This document shows positions 47,489 through 57,711 of a DNA stretch of 64,000 nucleotides, one piece after another. The translations under genes and the position numbers were made by a program. Positions within the stretch are counted from its first letter, which is position 1; each line of letters opens with the position of its first letter. The stretch is from a bacterium (lineage in GTDB: Bacteria > Patescibacteriota > Minisyncoccia > Phycocordibacterales > UBA2100): NCBI GenBank assembly GCA_016789445.1, contig JAEUQT010000001.1, positions 259,603 to 323,602 on the forward strand, in the 5' to 3' direction. Under the pieces are notes generated by a model that saw nothing but the letters and a program-made list of their open reading frames with translations, did no database searches and had not been told where the DNA came from.

Positions 47489-49897
47489 TTAGTTCGCGGT
47501 GAACGTGATCTGTGTCTGGATCTCTCCGTTATTGGTTTCTGCTACTGCACGTAGTGTCTGTGCGCCGCTACCGCGTGGCTGAATGGCAATGACATACGGT
47601 GGAAGCGCGGAGACGCCCACGAACTGTCCGTTGAGGTAATAGGTGACGCTGCGGAATCCGAGCGAAGCATCGAAGCTTACCGACGCATCGAAAGGTTGTG
47701 AGCTGGAGACTTGTGATCCTGCCTGAGGAGAAGTTATCGTGAATCCATTGCCTCCGCTTGAGGTCGATGAGCCAACCGCCTGTTGTGCCCATATCGAGAC
47801 GGCATAGTCCCAGTTATTCAGCTGCGAGTCGCTGAAGTTCGGGCGACCGTTGCGCGGATCATCCTTGTTCACCCAGAAGAGGATGTCGTGGAGTCCTTGC
47901 GACGGGTTCGTGTTCCATTCACCACGCAGCACCGGAGGGAGGTTGTCGCGTTCAGGGTCAGGAGATGGGGCAGGGAACTCGTCCGGCGGGTACTTTTCAA
48001 GAGCGATATCCATGAATTCTCGCCACATCGGCGTCACGATGAGGCCTGAGATCTGGTTCATTGATCTCGGAGTGTTGTTTCCTGCCCATGCGCCGGTCAC
48101 GACGGAGGTCGAATAACCCAAGACCCATGCGTCCTTGTTGTCGTTAGTGGTACCGGTCTTTGCTGCGACATCCTTGCCAGGGAAATTCAAAGGGGAGTTT
48201 GCTCCGTAGAGCGGGGTGCGTGCGACGTTGTCGGAAAGGATGTCAGTAATCTGACGTGCTACCTGCGGATCGAGCGCGCGCGATTCAGACTTTTCATACT
48301 GTTCGAGCACGTTGCCACGGTTATCTTCGACGCTGAGGATTCCGGTCGGTGCGTTGCGTAGGCCGTCGTTCGCGAAGACGCTGTATGCGCCCGTCATGTC
48401 GAGTAAGGTCACTTCACCGCCTCCGAGGACGAGCGTGAGGCCGTAACGATCAGGATCAGTCAGTGTTGAGATGCCCATGTCATGCGCGGTCTCAAGCGAA
48501 TCAGGAATGCCCGCGAGATAGAGTGTCTTCACTGCAGGGATGTTGAGCGATTGTGCGAGGGCGTTCCGGATACTCACCGGTCCACGGAACGTGTGATCGT
48601 AGTTGCCTGGGCTGTAACAGGGAGGATTCGAGTTCGCCACATCGGTCGGGGAGCAGGCGGTCGAGAACTGCGTCTGCACATCGAAGAGCATGGTCTCCGG
48701 TGTGTAGCCCTTCTCGAACGCGGTCGCGTACACGAACGGCTTGAATGACGAACCCGGTTGGCGCTCGGATGTAGTGACGTTCACCTTGCCGTCGATGTCC
48801 TCATCGAAGTAACCACGAGAGCCGACCATTGCCAGGATCTGTCCCGTCTTTGGATCGATCGAGACGAGACCGGCGTTTTCAGCGTTGAACTGCTTCTCAT
48901 TCGCGAGTGCTCGTCGTCGGACGATCTCTTCTGCTTTCTGTTGGAGGTCCCAGTCGAGCGTCGTGATGACTTTAAGGCCCTCATTCGCGACTACGTCAGC
49001 ACCGTATTTCTCTTCGAGATATTCGCGGATATAGAACACGAAGTGCGGTGCTTTAATACCGGCCTCCAGCTCTTCGCGGAACTGCACGTGTTCGGCGAGA
49101 GCGCCATCGTATTCTGATTCGTTGATGTATCCCGCGTTCTTCATGCGGGCGAGAACAAGATTCTTACGCTCTTCGAGTTCGTCAGTGTGGTTTCCGTACG
49201 GGGAATAACGTGTCGGGGCCTGGGGAAGCGCAGCAAGATACGCTGCTTCAGCCAGAGTGACTTCCTTGGCGGCTTTGCCGAAGAAGTAGCGCGATGCCTC
49301 TTCGACACCGTAGACGGTGCCGCCGTAACTGGTCTCATTAAGGTAAATGTTCAGAATCTCCTCCTTGGTCGCGATCCTCTCAAGCTTCATGGCGAGGATG
49401 ATCTCCTTCGCCTTACGGATCGGCGTCTTGTCAGCGGTGAGAAGGGTGTTCTTCACAACCTGCTGGGTAATCGTGGAACCGCCTTGGCCGCGGAAGCCTT
49501 CCTTGAGACCGAGATTTACGAGAATCGCGCGCAAGAACGCCATCGGACGAAAACCGTTGTGTTCATAAAATGTCGCGTCTTCAATAGCGACGGTTGCGTT
49601 GCGGATGTAGGGAGAAATATCTTCAAAAGGTATCTCGGTGCGGCGCATCGATCCGTGAACATCATAGAGAAGGACTTCGCCGGTACGGTCGTAAATCTTC
49701 GTGCTCTCCCCGACGATACGATTTTCGATCGTATCCACAGCTGGGATGGAAGCGAAGATAGCCCATGCGGTAAATACTCCCGCACAGGCGATACCGGCAA
49801 GTACCATGAAGCGCATGGTGGGATGCGTCCACGAGGGAAGGGGGCCGCTACGGGCTTTCCGTTGCGCACGTTTGTGCAATTGCTGTTCTTCGTCCAT
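47489..49897 (-). CDS. class A penicillin-binding protein (bifunctional transglycosylase/transpeptidase) with C-terminal extension
   Basis: 802 aa. GT51 motifs (EDATFYEHNG, GGSTITQQ) and transpeptidase SxxK/SxN/KTG motifs are present. Confidence 0.9.
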   Translation of the reverse strand: MDEEQQLHKRAQRKARSGPLPSWTHPTMRFMVLAGIACAGVFTAWAIFASIPAVDTIENRIVGESTKIYDRTGEVLLYDVHGSMRRTEIPFEDISPYIRNATVAIEDATFYEHNGFRPMAFLRAILVNLGLKEGFRGQGGSTITQQVVKNTLLTADKTPIRKAKEIILAMKLERIATKEEILNIYLNETSYGGTVYGVEEASRYFFGKAAKEVTLAEAAYLAALPQAPTRYSPYGNHTDELEERKNLVLARMKNAGYINESEYDGALAEHVQFREELEAGIKAPHFVFYIREYLEEKYGADVVANEGLKVITTLDWDLQQKAEEIVRRRALANEKQFNAENAGLVSIDPKTGQILAMVGSRGYFDEDIDGKVNVTTSERQPGSSFKPFVYATAFEKGYTPETMLFDVQTQFSTACSPTDVANSNPPCYSPGNYDHTFRGPVSIRNALAQSLNIPAVKTLYLAGIPDSLETAHDMGISTLTDPDRYGLTLVLGGGEVTLLDMTGAYSVFANDGLRNAPTGILSVEDNRGNVLEQYEKSESRALDPQVARQITDILSDNVARTPLYGANSPLNFPGKDVAAKTGTTNDNKDAWVLGYSTSVVTGAWAGNNTPRSMNQISGLIVTPMWREFMDIALEKYPPDEFPAPSPDPERDNLPPVLRGEWNTNPSQGLHDILFWVNKDDPRNGRPNFSDSQLNNWDYAVSIWAQQAVGSSTSSGGNGFTITSPQAGSQVSSSQPFDASVSFDASLGFRSVTYYLNGQFVGVSALPPYVIAIQPRGSGAQTLRAVAETNNGEIQTQITFTAN

Positions 49898-50003
49898 GGA
49901 AAAGCCGACCTGAGTCGGATATCTCGTGAATTGTATCGTGCTCGTTCGGTGGGAGCAATCGAAAGCGTTGCCCCACCTCTACAGACGTCTTCATGAAATT
50001 TGC

Positions 50004-50474
50004 TTACCGAATGTGAGCGAGATGGGTTATGCCGACTGCAATCGCGTCGTATTCGTCATCGTGCTTTACGGCTTTGTCGATTTTAACGAGCATGTGCAGC
50101 ATCGAGATGATCTGTTTCTTATCTGCCTTACCGAAGCCGGTCGTCGCGCTCTTTACTTGGCTTGGCGTGTATTCGAAAGTAGGGAGGCCGGCAACTGCAG
50201 CGGCGTTAAGGAGCGCGCCGCGTACTTCAGCCACCTGCATGGCAGTCGTGCGGTTGGTGTTGAAAAAGAGTCGCTCCATGACGAGCGCATCGGGTTTGTG
50301 TTCGGCAATCAATCGCTCGCATTCGGCGACGATCTGAGCGAGGCGCTCGACGAAACCGTCTTTTGGATATGTCTCGATGCAATCCGAATAGATCCACGTC
50401 TCTTTGCCGCTGTTCTTCTCGATGATTGCGATGCCACAGCGGCCGTATCCGGGATCAATGGCAATGACGCGCAT
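50004..50474 (-). CDS. ruvC: Holliday junction resolvase RuvC
   Basis: Start at MRVIAIDPGY. The pattern is RuvC-like, with conserved acidic catalytic residues. Confidence 0.85.
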   Translation of the reverse strand: MRVIAIDPGYGRCGIAIIEKNSGKETWIYSDCIETYPKDGFVERLAQIVAECERLIAEHKPDALVMERLFFNTNRTTAMQVAEVRGALLNAAAVAGLPTFEYTPSQVKSATTGFGKADKKQIISMLHMLVKIDKAVKHDDEYDAIAVGITHLAHIR

Positions 50475-50535
50475 ATCTTCAGTGTAGGACGGAAGGTATA
50501 AAAAAGAAATTGGCCGCATGAGAGCGGCCAATCCA

Positions 50536-51141
50536 TTACTTGCTCGTGATCCAGCGAGTAGTCTGAAAGTCAGGATCACGTTTGGTCAGTGACACCCATC
50601 GATGGGGGTCTTCCTTCGATTGCTGAGCGATGTATTCATACGGCATCTCGTACCAGCGTCGTATGCGGTCGGAGCCGTGTGTGGTTTTATCGAGTAGGAA
50701 ATCGCCACTCGCGGTATGAGCTATCAGGATCGCATGCATTGTTTTTTCAGGCGTGCGAACGACCGTTACGAGCAACGTGCTCGCCGGCCACCCGAGTGCG
50801 ATAAGTCGCTTTCGCTTCACGAACGCAAAACCCTCGCAGTCGTCTGCGGTCTCATTGAGCGTCCATTTCTCATCGACACCAAAAAGCTCTTGGTCACTAC
50901 CGTATCGCATCTGTGCATTCACGGTATCGTTCACCGTCTTGAGTTCGGCAAACCGCACTGAATTCACCGGCATATACGTCACCGGAGAAGCGATGCATTC
51001 GGTGGGGAATTCCTCACAGAACTCGATCGCTGCAGCTGCCGGCAGCACCTCGTGATATGTCCGCAATACCGGCGATGTCGTCTCCTGCAGCGTGCTGCAG
51101 AGTCCTACTACAGCAAGGAGTATCGCTCCAGTTTTAATCAT
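50536..51141 (-). CDS. transglutaminase-like cysteine peptidase (BTLCP-like), secreted
   Basis: Signal peptide. Motif DCEGFAFVKRKRLIALGWP (catalytic Cys) is followed by a downstream His (LIAH). Confidence 0.6.
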   Translation of the reverse strand: MIKTGAILLAVVGLCSTLQETTSPVLRTYHEVLPAAAAIEFCEEFPTECIASPVTYMPVNSVRFAELKTVNDTVNAQMRYGSDQELFGVDEKWTLNETADDCEGFAFVKRKRLIALGWPASTLLVTVVRTPEKTMHAILIAHTASGDFLLDKTTHGSDRIRRWYEMPYEYIAQQSKEDPHRWVSLTKRDPDFQTTRWITSK

Positions 51142-51217
51142 CGCGAACCTCCTTTCGGTCTCGCGTCTGTGCCACTATTGGCTATCGATACTATAAACCC
51201 GCCGGCGCCAAGCCGCA

Positions 51218-51748
51218 CTATTCGGCGTTTGTGTATACCTCTTCGACATCATCCAGGGCATCGATGAGTTCCATGATCTTCATGAGCGCTGCGTCTTCCG
51301 TTTCGGGGAGGGGAATGGTTGTCTTGGGGATATAGCCCTCATCGGTCTTATCAAATGCCCAAAGCGCTGAGCCTGGTGCGGCGAGCGCGATCTCATGCTT
51401 CGCAAAGATGGTCTTCAGTTCCTGAAGGGTACGGTTGGTGTTGTCGGTCACCGCTTGAATGATGACTGCCGCACCGCCCGGACCGTACGCTTCGTACACG
51501 ACCTGTTCAAGCGAGGCGGCATCCGCAGAGGTTCCTTTGGCGATTGCGCGTTCGATGGTGTCCTTCGGCATGTTCGCTTTCTTCGCGGTCTCGATGATGG
51601 AGCGCAGGTTCGCGGAATTCACATCGCCGTTCGCCTTCTTGCTCTCGACGGCGATTCGTTTGCCGAGCTTGCCCCAGAGATTGCTCTTCGCCGCATCAGC
51701 CGCGCCTTTCTGTCGTTTGATCTGTGCCCATTTGTTATGACCTGCCAT
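51218..51748 (-). CDS. YebC/PmpR-family protein, short form (176 aa)
   Basis: N-terminal MAGHNKWAQIKRQKGAADAAKSN matches the YebC signature. About 70 aa shorter than typical. Confidence 0.75.
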   Translation of the reverse strand: MAGHNKWAQIKRQKGAADAAKSNLWGKLGKRIAVESKKANGDVNSANLRSIIETAKKANMPKDTIERAIAKGTSADAASLEQVVYEAYGPGGAAVIIQAVTDNTNRTLQELKTIFAKHEIALAAPGSALWAFDKTDEGYIPKTTIPLPETEDAALMKIMELIDALDDVEEVYTNAE

Positions 51749-51776
51749 AGGAAGATGTTGTACCTCACGGGATTCG

Positions 51777-52793
51777 CTAAATCAATTTCGGCTGTTCCGC
51801 CTGGGGGAACTCTTCACCGAGGTGCGCATAGCCTTTTTCGGTAACGACGCGACCGCGCGGCGTCCTCTCGAGGAGGCCGAGCTGCATGAGATACGGCTCG
51901 TGGACTTCCTCGACGGTCGCCTCTTCTTCGGAAAGTGCGGCAGCGATGGTCTTGAGTCCGACCGGACCGCCCCTGAATTTATCGATGAGAATGGAGAGGA
52001 TGTCGCGGTCGATCTGATTGAGACCGAGTTCATCGATTTCAAGAAGCGCGAGGGCCTTTTTCACGGTCTTGAGATCCAATTTCTCGTTGCTCACCTCCGC
52101 GAAGTCGCGACATCTCTTCAAGAGATAGTTCGCCGTGCGTGGTGTTGCGCGCGAGCGGCGTGCGATCTCGGTCACAGAATCATTGTCTATCTCGATGTTC
52201 AATATCTTCGCTGAGCGCTTGAGTACGGTCGCGATCTCGCTTTCGGTGTAGTAGGTGAGACGGAAGGTTCCACCCGAGAAGCGTGATCGTAGTGGGGAAG
52301 AGAGCATTGAGATGCGGGTTGTCGCCGCAATCAGCGTGAAAGGAGGGAGCTCAAGCTGCACGGTGCGCGCCGAAGGGCCCTTTCCGATGACGATATCCAA
52401 GACGCCGGATTCCATTGCTGGATAGAGGATCTCTTCGATGGTTCGGTTTAATCGATGGATTTCGTCGATGAAGAGGACATCCCCGGGTGAGAGGTTGGTG
52501 AGAATGGACGCAAGGTCGCCGACGCGCTCGATAGCGGGGCCGGATGTGGAGCGCAGCGACGAACCGATCTCTTTGGTGATGAGATGCGCGAGAGTAGTCT
52601 TCCCGAGACCCGGTGGTCCATACAAGAGAACGTGTTCCGGCTGTTGCTGACGACCCTTCGCAGCGCTGAGGAGGATGCGAAGGTTTTCCTTGATGGTTTG
52701 CTGGCCGACATACTCGTCCCACAGCCCTGGTCGGAGGGCCTGATCGAGGGAACGGGCTGATTTACCCAGCGTTTCTGCGGTTTTTTCAGACAT
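51777..52793 (-). CDS. ruvB: Holliday junction branch-migration helicase RuvB
   Basis: Walker [12 protein letters not shown] and Walker [11 protein letters not shown], with a C-terminal winged helix. Confidence 0.95.
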   Translation of the reverse strand: MSEKTAETLGKSARSLDQALRPGLWDEYVGQQTIKENLRILLSAAKGRQQQPEHVLLYGPPGLGKTTLAHLITKEIGSSLRSTSGPAIERVGDLASILTNLSPGDVLFIDEIHRLNRTIEEILYPAMESGVLDIVIGKGPSARTVQLELPPFTLIAATTRISMLSSPLRSRFSGGTFRLTYYTESEIATVLKRSAKILNIEIDNDSVTEIARRSRATPRTANYLLKRCRDFAEVSNEKLDLKTVKKALALLEIDELGLNQIDRDILSILIDKFRGGPVGLKTIAAALSEEEATVEEVHEPYLMQLGLLERTPRGRVVTEKGYAHLGEEFPQAEQPKLI

Positions 52794-53086
52794 ATTGACA
52801 ACGGCACTCTGGCATGCTAGAGTAGCTGGCAGAAGTGGCGTCCTGACGCCATTTTTCTTTTGTCAGGGACGCACATCTCCAAGCGATACCAGGACTCTTC
52901 CAAGGACGGTGGTGGTGGCCACCTCCGGGTAGTTTTACTGTCCCTATCCTTAGGCCTTGTCCGACTTTCGATGATCCATTGAAAGCATCGCTTGGGGATG
53001 TGCTGCTCCGACAAAAATTTCCTACACTCACGATAGCATTCGGAAACGAATCGACAACTTTTTTTCGTGTCCTGATTCACCCAACG

Positions 53087-53118
53087 AAGAAAACTCTCGC
53101 GCAAGCGAGAGTTTTCTT
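53087..53118 (-). terminator. terminator downstream of the second pilB-like gene
   Basis: aagaaaactctcgcg-caa-gcgagagttttctt. Confidence 0.6.
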
Positions 53119-53150
53119 GTCTATTGCGAAGAGTAATTCTAAATTTTTGA

Positions 53151-54845
53151 CTACAAAAGTGTTTCCAACATCACTTCGTCGTGCAGATCGACGACGCGAC
53201 CGAGCTCATCAAGGGAAGTGACGCCCTGCAACACCTTCACGGCGCCATCTTGTGCCATGCGACGGATCTGCTGCGGCTTCGCTGCTCTCCAGATCTCGCG
53301 TTCGCTGGTCGTCTTACGGATCGTTTCTTCGACGGCCTTATCCATGAGGATGACTTCGACGACGCCCATGCGTCCCTTGTAGCCGATACCGCCGCACTTA
53401 TCACATCCCTTCGCGATCCACATACGTTCGCGATTCTCCGGGACTCCTTCAGGGTGCGGAATGTTCGCAAGAAGGGCCTGCATGGTCTTCAGATCATCGC
53501 CTTCAATCTTCGCTTCGACGCGGCAGTGTTCGCACAATCTTCGTACGAGACGTTGTGCCATCGAGACCGTGAGTGCAGCTCCTAGGATGTCGGCATTCAC
53601 ACCCATGTCGATGAGGCGAGGGAAGGTGCCGGCAGCATCGTTGGTGTGAAGCGTCGAGAAGACCAAGTGACCGGTAAGCGATGCGTTAACCGCCGTCGAG
53701 GCGACTTCGGCATCGCGGATTTCACCGACCATGATGATGTCCGGATCCTGACGGAGTGTTGAGCGCAGTCCCGATGCGAAGGTGTAGTCCTTCGAGACCT
53801 GTGTCTGCACGACGCCGTCGAGATGATATTCGATCGGGTCTTCGATGGTGACGACTTTATTTTCGGAGTTCGATACCTTTCGTAGGAACGCGTAGAGCGT
53901 GGTCGTCTTACCGGAACCGGTCGGGCCCGTGTTGAGGATCATGCCGTTCGGCTTCTCGATCTCCTTATCGAAGATATCCATCAAGTACTTATCAAAGCCG
54001 AGTTTCTCCATCGGGAGTGCGATGGTCGATGGATCGAGAATACGCATGACGATCGTTTCCGCGTACGCGCCCGGCAATACCGAAGTGCGGATCTCGATCT
54101 CTTTCTCATTCACCACGATTGAGAAGCGCCCGTCTTGCGCGGCGTTCTTGATGTTGAGTTTCAATCCCGAGAGAAGCTTGAGGCGAGACGAGAGGAGGCC
54201 GTAGGTCGTTGCATCGAACATGACGACTTCAAGGAGAACGCCGTCCAAGCGATAGCGCATGCGGACACCTTTCTCCTCAGGTTCAAGGTGGACGTCGGAT
54301 GCGCCAAGCGAGAGCGCTCCGGCCATGGTGACTTCGAGCGCGCGCGAGATGCGATGCGTATCCTTCGAGCCCATGTGCTCGTTGATATGTGTTTTTACGT
54401 CTTCGAGCGTCTTGATCTCGACCAGCATGCGCTGGATGGTCTCGTTCGAGAGAGTGAGGACGCCGGCTTCGGTTTCCGTCGCGAACGAGATGTCGTGGTA
54501 GCGATCCCATGCGTGATCAAGGGATGCGCGCGAGACGATGAATCGGCGGACCTCGTAACCGAGGCGTGCAAGATTCTCGACGGCGCGGACAGAATTATCT
54601 CTTTCGGGTGCGCGCATGGCGACGAAGAGTTTCTTATTTACCTTACGGAAGGGGGCAACCTCTGCCTCGCGAGCCTCTTTTTCAGGAACCAAACGCAGGG
54701 CGTCGGTGTCTATGGATTTCGACGTGAGATCGACGTATTCGACGCCGTATCTGCCGGCGAGCATCTCCGCGAGCTGCTCTTCTTCGCGTCGATGCAGTTC
54801 ATCGAGGCGTTCCTCCTGCTTCTTCTCATTGAATTGCGAAGGCAT
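53151..54845 (-). CDS. pilB: GspE/PilB-family secretion ATPase, paralog 2 (with tetracysteine zinc motif)
   Basis: 564 aa. GspE N-domain, Walker A GPTGSGKTTT, and a CxxC...CxxC motif (CEHC...CDKC). Confidence 0.85.
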   Translation of the reverse strand: MPSQFNEKKQEERLDELHRREEEQLAEMLAGRYGVEYVDLTSKSIDTDALRLVPEKEAREAEVAPFRKVNKKLFVAMRAPERDNSVRAVENLARLGYEVRRFIVSRASLDHAWDRYHDISFATETEAGVLTLSNETIQRMLVEIKTLEDVKTHINEHMGSKDTHRISRALEVTMAGALSLGASDVHLEPEEKGVRMRYRLDGVLLEVVMFDATTYGLLSSRLKLLSGLKLNIKNAAQDGRFSIVVNEKEIEIRTSVLPGAYAETIVMRILDPSTIALPMEKLGFDKYLMDIFDKEIEKPNGMILNTGPTGSGKTTTLYAFLRKVSNSENKVVTIEDPIEYHLDGVVQTQVSKDYTFASGLRSTLRQDPDIIMVGEIRDAEVASTAVNASLTGHLVFSTLHTNDAAGTFPRLIDMGVNADILGAALTVSMAQRLVRRLCEHCRVEAKIEGDDLKTMQALLANIPHPEGVPENRERMWIAKGCDKCGGIGYKGRMGVVEVILMDKAVEETIRKTTSEREIWRAAKPQQIRRMAQDGAVKVLQGVTSLDELGRVVDLHDEVMLETLL

Positions 54846-54884
54846 GTCTATCTATTGTAGCGCACTGCACGTACAATGCGGTCC

Positions 54885-55313
54885 ATGCAGAAGAGGCTGG
54901 TGGTAGGAGAAATGGCAACGGAAGCGACGGCGTTCGTCGAGGGGCTTTTGCCATCAGATTCGGCGACGCTTGTCGCCCTTTCGGGGGATTTAGGGGCGGG
55001 AAAGACGACGTTCGTCCAAGGCGTAGCAGCGGCGCTTGGGGTGACGGAGCATGTAACCAGTCCGACCTTCGTCATCATGAAAATCTACGACCTCGCGGGT
55101 CAGAAATTTGATCGGCTCGTGCATATGGACGCGTATCGCCTGAAAGGGGACCAGCACCTGAGGGCGCTCGGCTGGAATGAGCTGCTGCGTGATCCGAAAA
55201 ATCTCATCATCGTCGAGTGGCCGGAGAAGATCGAGGGAGGAATTCCGGCAAGCGCGCGACCCATCACCTTTCGGTATAGTGGAGATGACTCCCGCGAAAT
55301 AGTGTATGGCTAA
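54885..55313 (+). CDS. tsaE: tRNA threonylcarbamoyladenosine biosynthesis protein TsaE
   Basis: P-loop GDLGAGKTTFVQG and a downstream SPTF motif. Start candidates are ATG 54876 and ATG 54885. Confidence 0.8.
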   Translation: MQKRLVVGEMATEATAFVEGLLPSDSATLVALSGDLGAGKTTFVQGVAAALGVTEHVTSPTFVIMKIYDLAGQKFDRLVHMDAYRLKGDQHLRALGWNELLRDPKNLIIVEWPEKIEGGIPASARPITFRYSGDDSREIVYG

Positions 55314-57711
55314 GAAAACGAAAGGCACGAAACGGCTTATTCTCTTGGACTCGCATGCGATCCTGCATCGAGCGTTCCATGCGATACCGGATTTTGCGAC
55401 GTCCAAAGGCGAACCGACCGGTGCGCTCTACGGACTCGCGACGATGCTGTTGAAGACGATCGACCAATTTTCCCCCGATTACCTCATCGCTGCGCGGGAT
55501 CTTCCAGGGGGAACCTTCCGTCATTCGTTGTTCGAAGAATACAAAGGCGCTCGCGTCGAGGCAGATGATGCGCTCGTCTCCCAACTGAAGGCAGCTCCGG
55601 AGATATTCGAGGCGTTCGGCATCCCGGTCTACTCTGAACCGGGCTTCGAGGCGGATGACATGATCGGCACGATCGTAAAGAAGCTTGAGACCAATAATGA
55701 CATCGAGATCATTATCGCGACGGGAGATCTCGATACGCTACAGCTCGTCTCAGGAAAGAAGGTGCAGGTGTTCACCCTGCGTCAGGGGATTACGGACACT
55801 ATCATTTACGACGAGGACCGGGTGCGCGAACGATACGGATTCGGGCCGGAACACGTCGCTGACTATAAAGGACTGCGCGGCGATCCGTCGGACAATATCA
55901 AGGGTATCAAAGGTATCGGAGAGAAGACTGCAGAAGCGCTCATCACTGAATTCGGTTCGATCGAGGATATCTATAATGTGCTCAAATCAGATCCGGAAGA
56001 GTTCGAGAAGGCGGGCATCAAGAAGAGGGTCGTGGAACTGCTTAAGGGCGGGGAACAGGATGCGTTTTTCTCAAAACAGCTGGCGACCATCCACTGTGAT
56101 GCGCCGATCGTGTTCTCCCTTCCTGAAAAGGAGTGGCGCATCACTGATCATCTGGCTTCTATCGAGGCGATGTGCGATCGCTACGAATTCCGTTCTATCA
56201 AGGAGCGCATTCGTCGCGTCGGTGCCGGCGCGAGTGTCGTCGAAGAAGGGGAAGGGGAAGTGATCGAGCCGGCACCGAATGAGGCAGATGTTGATGCCGA
56301 ATCGTTGCGGGAGACTTCGCTCGCGCTGTGGCTGCTTAATTCAGATATACCGAACCCGTCACTTGAAGACATCGTGCAGTACGCCCAGACCAATGATTTC
56401 GAGAAGGCACGTGAATTCATCTTTACGAAACTGAACGAGACCGGGCGATTACGTGAGGTGTTCGATACCATCGAGAAGCCATTGCTTCCCGTCGTCCAGA
56501 AGATGAATGCGACCGGTGTCTGCATCGACAAAGCAGCGCTCGAGAAGCTCGCAAAGGAATACCGGAAGGAACTCGGAGAGATCGCCGGGCGCATCTTCCA
56601 GCATGCGGGGCGCGAATTCAATATCAATTCTCCCCGACAACTCGCCGTCGTCCTCTTCGACGAGCTGAAGATACCCGTAGCTAAGCAGAAGAAGACCGCG
56701 ACCGGCGCGCGCACGACGAAAGAAGAGGAATTGGCCAAGCTGAAAGACGCACATCCGATCATCGAAGATATCCTTTCGTACCGCGAATTGGCGAAACTGC
56801 TTTCAACGTACGTGGAGAAGATCATCGAGATCGTGGAGAAGGATGGGCGTCTACGCGCGGAATTCCTGCAGGCGAGTACGACGACGGGGCGCATGGGCTG
56901 CAAGGACCCGAATCTCCAGAACATCCCGATCCGTACCGAATACGGGCGACGCATCCGTAGTGCGTTTATTGCACCGGAAGGGAAGGTGTTGATCGCGCTC
57001 GATTATTCGCAGATCGAGCTTCGTCTCGCGGCAGGGCTCTCGGGCGATGAGAAGCTGCTCAGCGTATTCAAGAGCGGCGGAGACATCCATGCGGCGGTTG
57101 CTGCGCAGGTGTTTGCCGTTCCTCCGGAGCATGTCGACCGCGAGATGCGACGCAGGGCGAAGATCATCAACTTCGGTATCCTCTACGGCATGGGAGTGAA
57201 TGCACTCCGCACGTCGCTCGGCGAGAGTGTCTCTCGTGATGAGGCGTCGAGTTTCTTGGATAGTTACTTTGCGAATTATCCGCAACTTGCCAAGTGGGTG
57301 GAGTTCACGAAACGAGATGCGGCGCTCAAGGGATACACCGAGACCGTATTCGGTCGTCGTCGATACCTCCTCGGCTTCAAATCAGTGCTCCCACACCTGC
57401 GTGCGCAGGCAGAACGCTTTGCCGTGAACGCGCCGATACAGGGAACACAAGCAGACATCATCAAGCTCGCGATGGTAAGGGCGGATGAGCTTATTGCGGA
57501 AAAAGGCTGGGATGAGGTGAAGCTGCTCCTGCAGGTGCATGACGAACTCGTCTACGAAGTGCCGAAACGGCTTGCAGAAGAAGCGGCGGCAGAGATTCGG
57601 GAGGTTATGGAATCCGTCGCACCAACGAATGAGCTTGCGGGCGTGCCTATTCTCGCAGAATCAGCAATCGGGAATGACTGGGGTAGTATGGAGAAGATCA
57701 AACGCGCATGA
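55306..57711 (+). CDS. polA: DNA polymerase I (5'-3' exonuclease plus polymerase domains)
   Basis: 801 aa. An N-terminal FEN-like 5'-nuclease is present, and the C-terminal family A polymerase motifs A/B/C are recognisable (DYSQIELR, RRAKIINFG, QVHDELV). Confidence 0.9.
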   Translation: MAKKTKGTKRLILLDSHAILHRAFHAIPDFATSKGEPTGALYGLATMLLKTIDQFSPDYLIAARDLPGGTFRHSLFEEYKGARVEADDALVSQLKAAPEIFEAFGIPVYSEPGFEADDMIGTIVKKLETNNDIEIIIATGDLDTLQLVSGKKVQVFTLRQGITDTIIYDEDRVRERYGFGPEHVADYKGLRGDPSDNIKGIKGIGEKTAEALITEFGSIEDIYNVLKSDPEEFEKAGIKKRVVELLKGGEQDAFFSKQLATIHCDAPIVFSLPEKEWRITDHLASIEAMCDRYEFRSIKERIRRVGAGASVVEEGEGEVIEPAPNEADVDAESLRETSLALWLLNSDIPNPSLEDIVQYAQTNDFEKAREFIFTKLNETGRLREVFDTIEKPLLPVVQKMNATGVCIDKAALEKLAKEYRKELGEIAGRIFQHAGREFNINSPRQLAVVLFDELKIPVAKQKKTATGARTTKEEELAKLKDAHPIIEDILSYRELAKLLSTYVEKIIEIVEKDGRLRAEFLQASTTTGRMGCKDPNLQNIPIRTEYGRRIRSAFIAPEGKVLIALDYSQIELRLAAGLSGDEKLLSVFKSGGDIHAAVAAQVFAVPPEHVDREMRRRAKIINFGILYGMGVNALRTSLGESVSRDEASSFLDSYFANYPQLAKWVEFTKRDAALKGYTETVFGRRRYLLGFKSVLPHLRAQAERFAVNAPIQGTQADIIKLAMVRADELIAEKGWDEVKLLLQVHDELVYEVPKRLAEEAAAEIREVMESVAPTNELAGVPILAESAIGNDWGSMEKIKRA

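Noticed and set aside
52900-53000. RNase P RNA gene upstream of ruvB
   Set aside because: Only a loose GAAAGTC...ATAGGGAC resemblance. The complementary P4 3' strand was not found and the region is too short. It is kept as an unassigned structured leader only.
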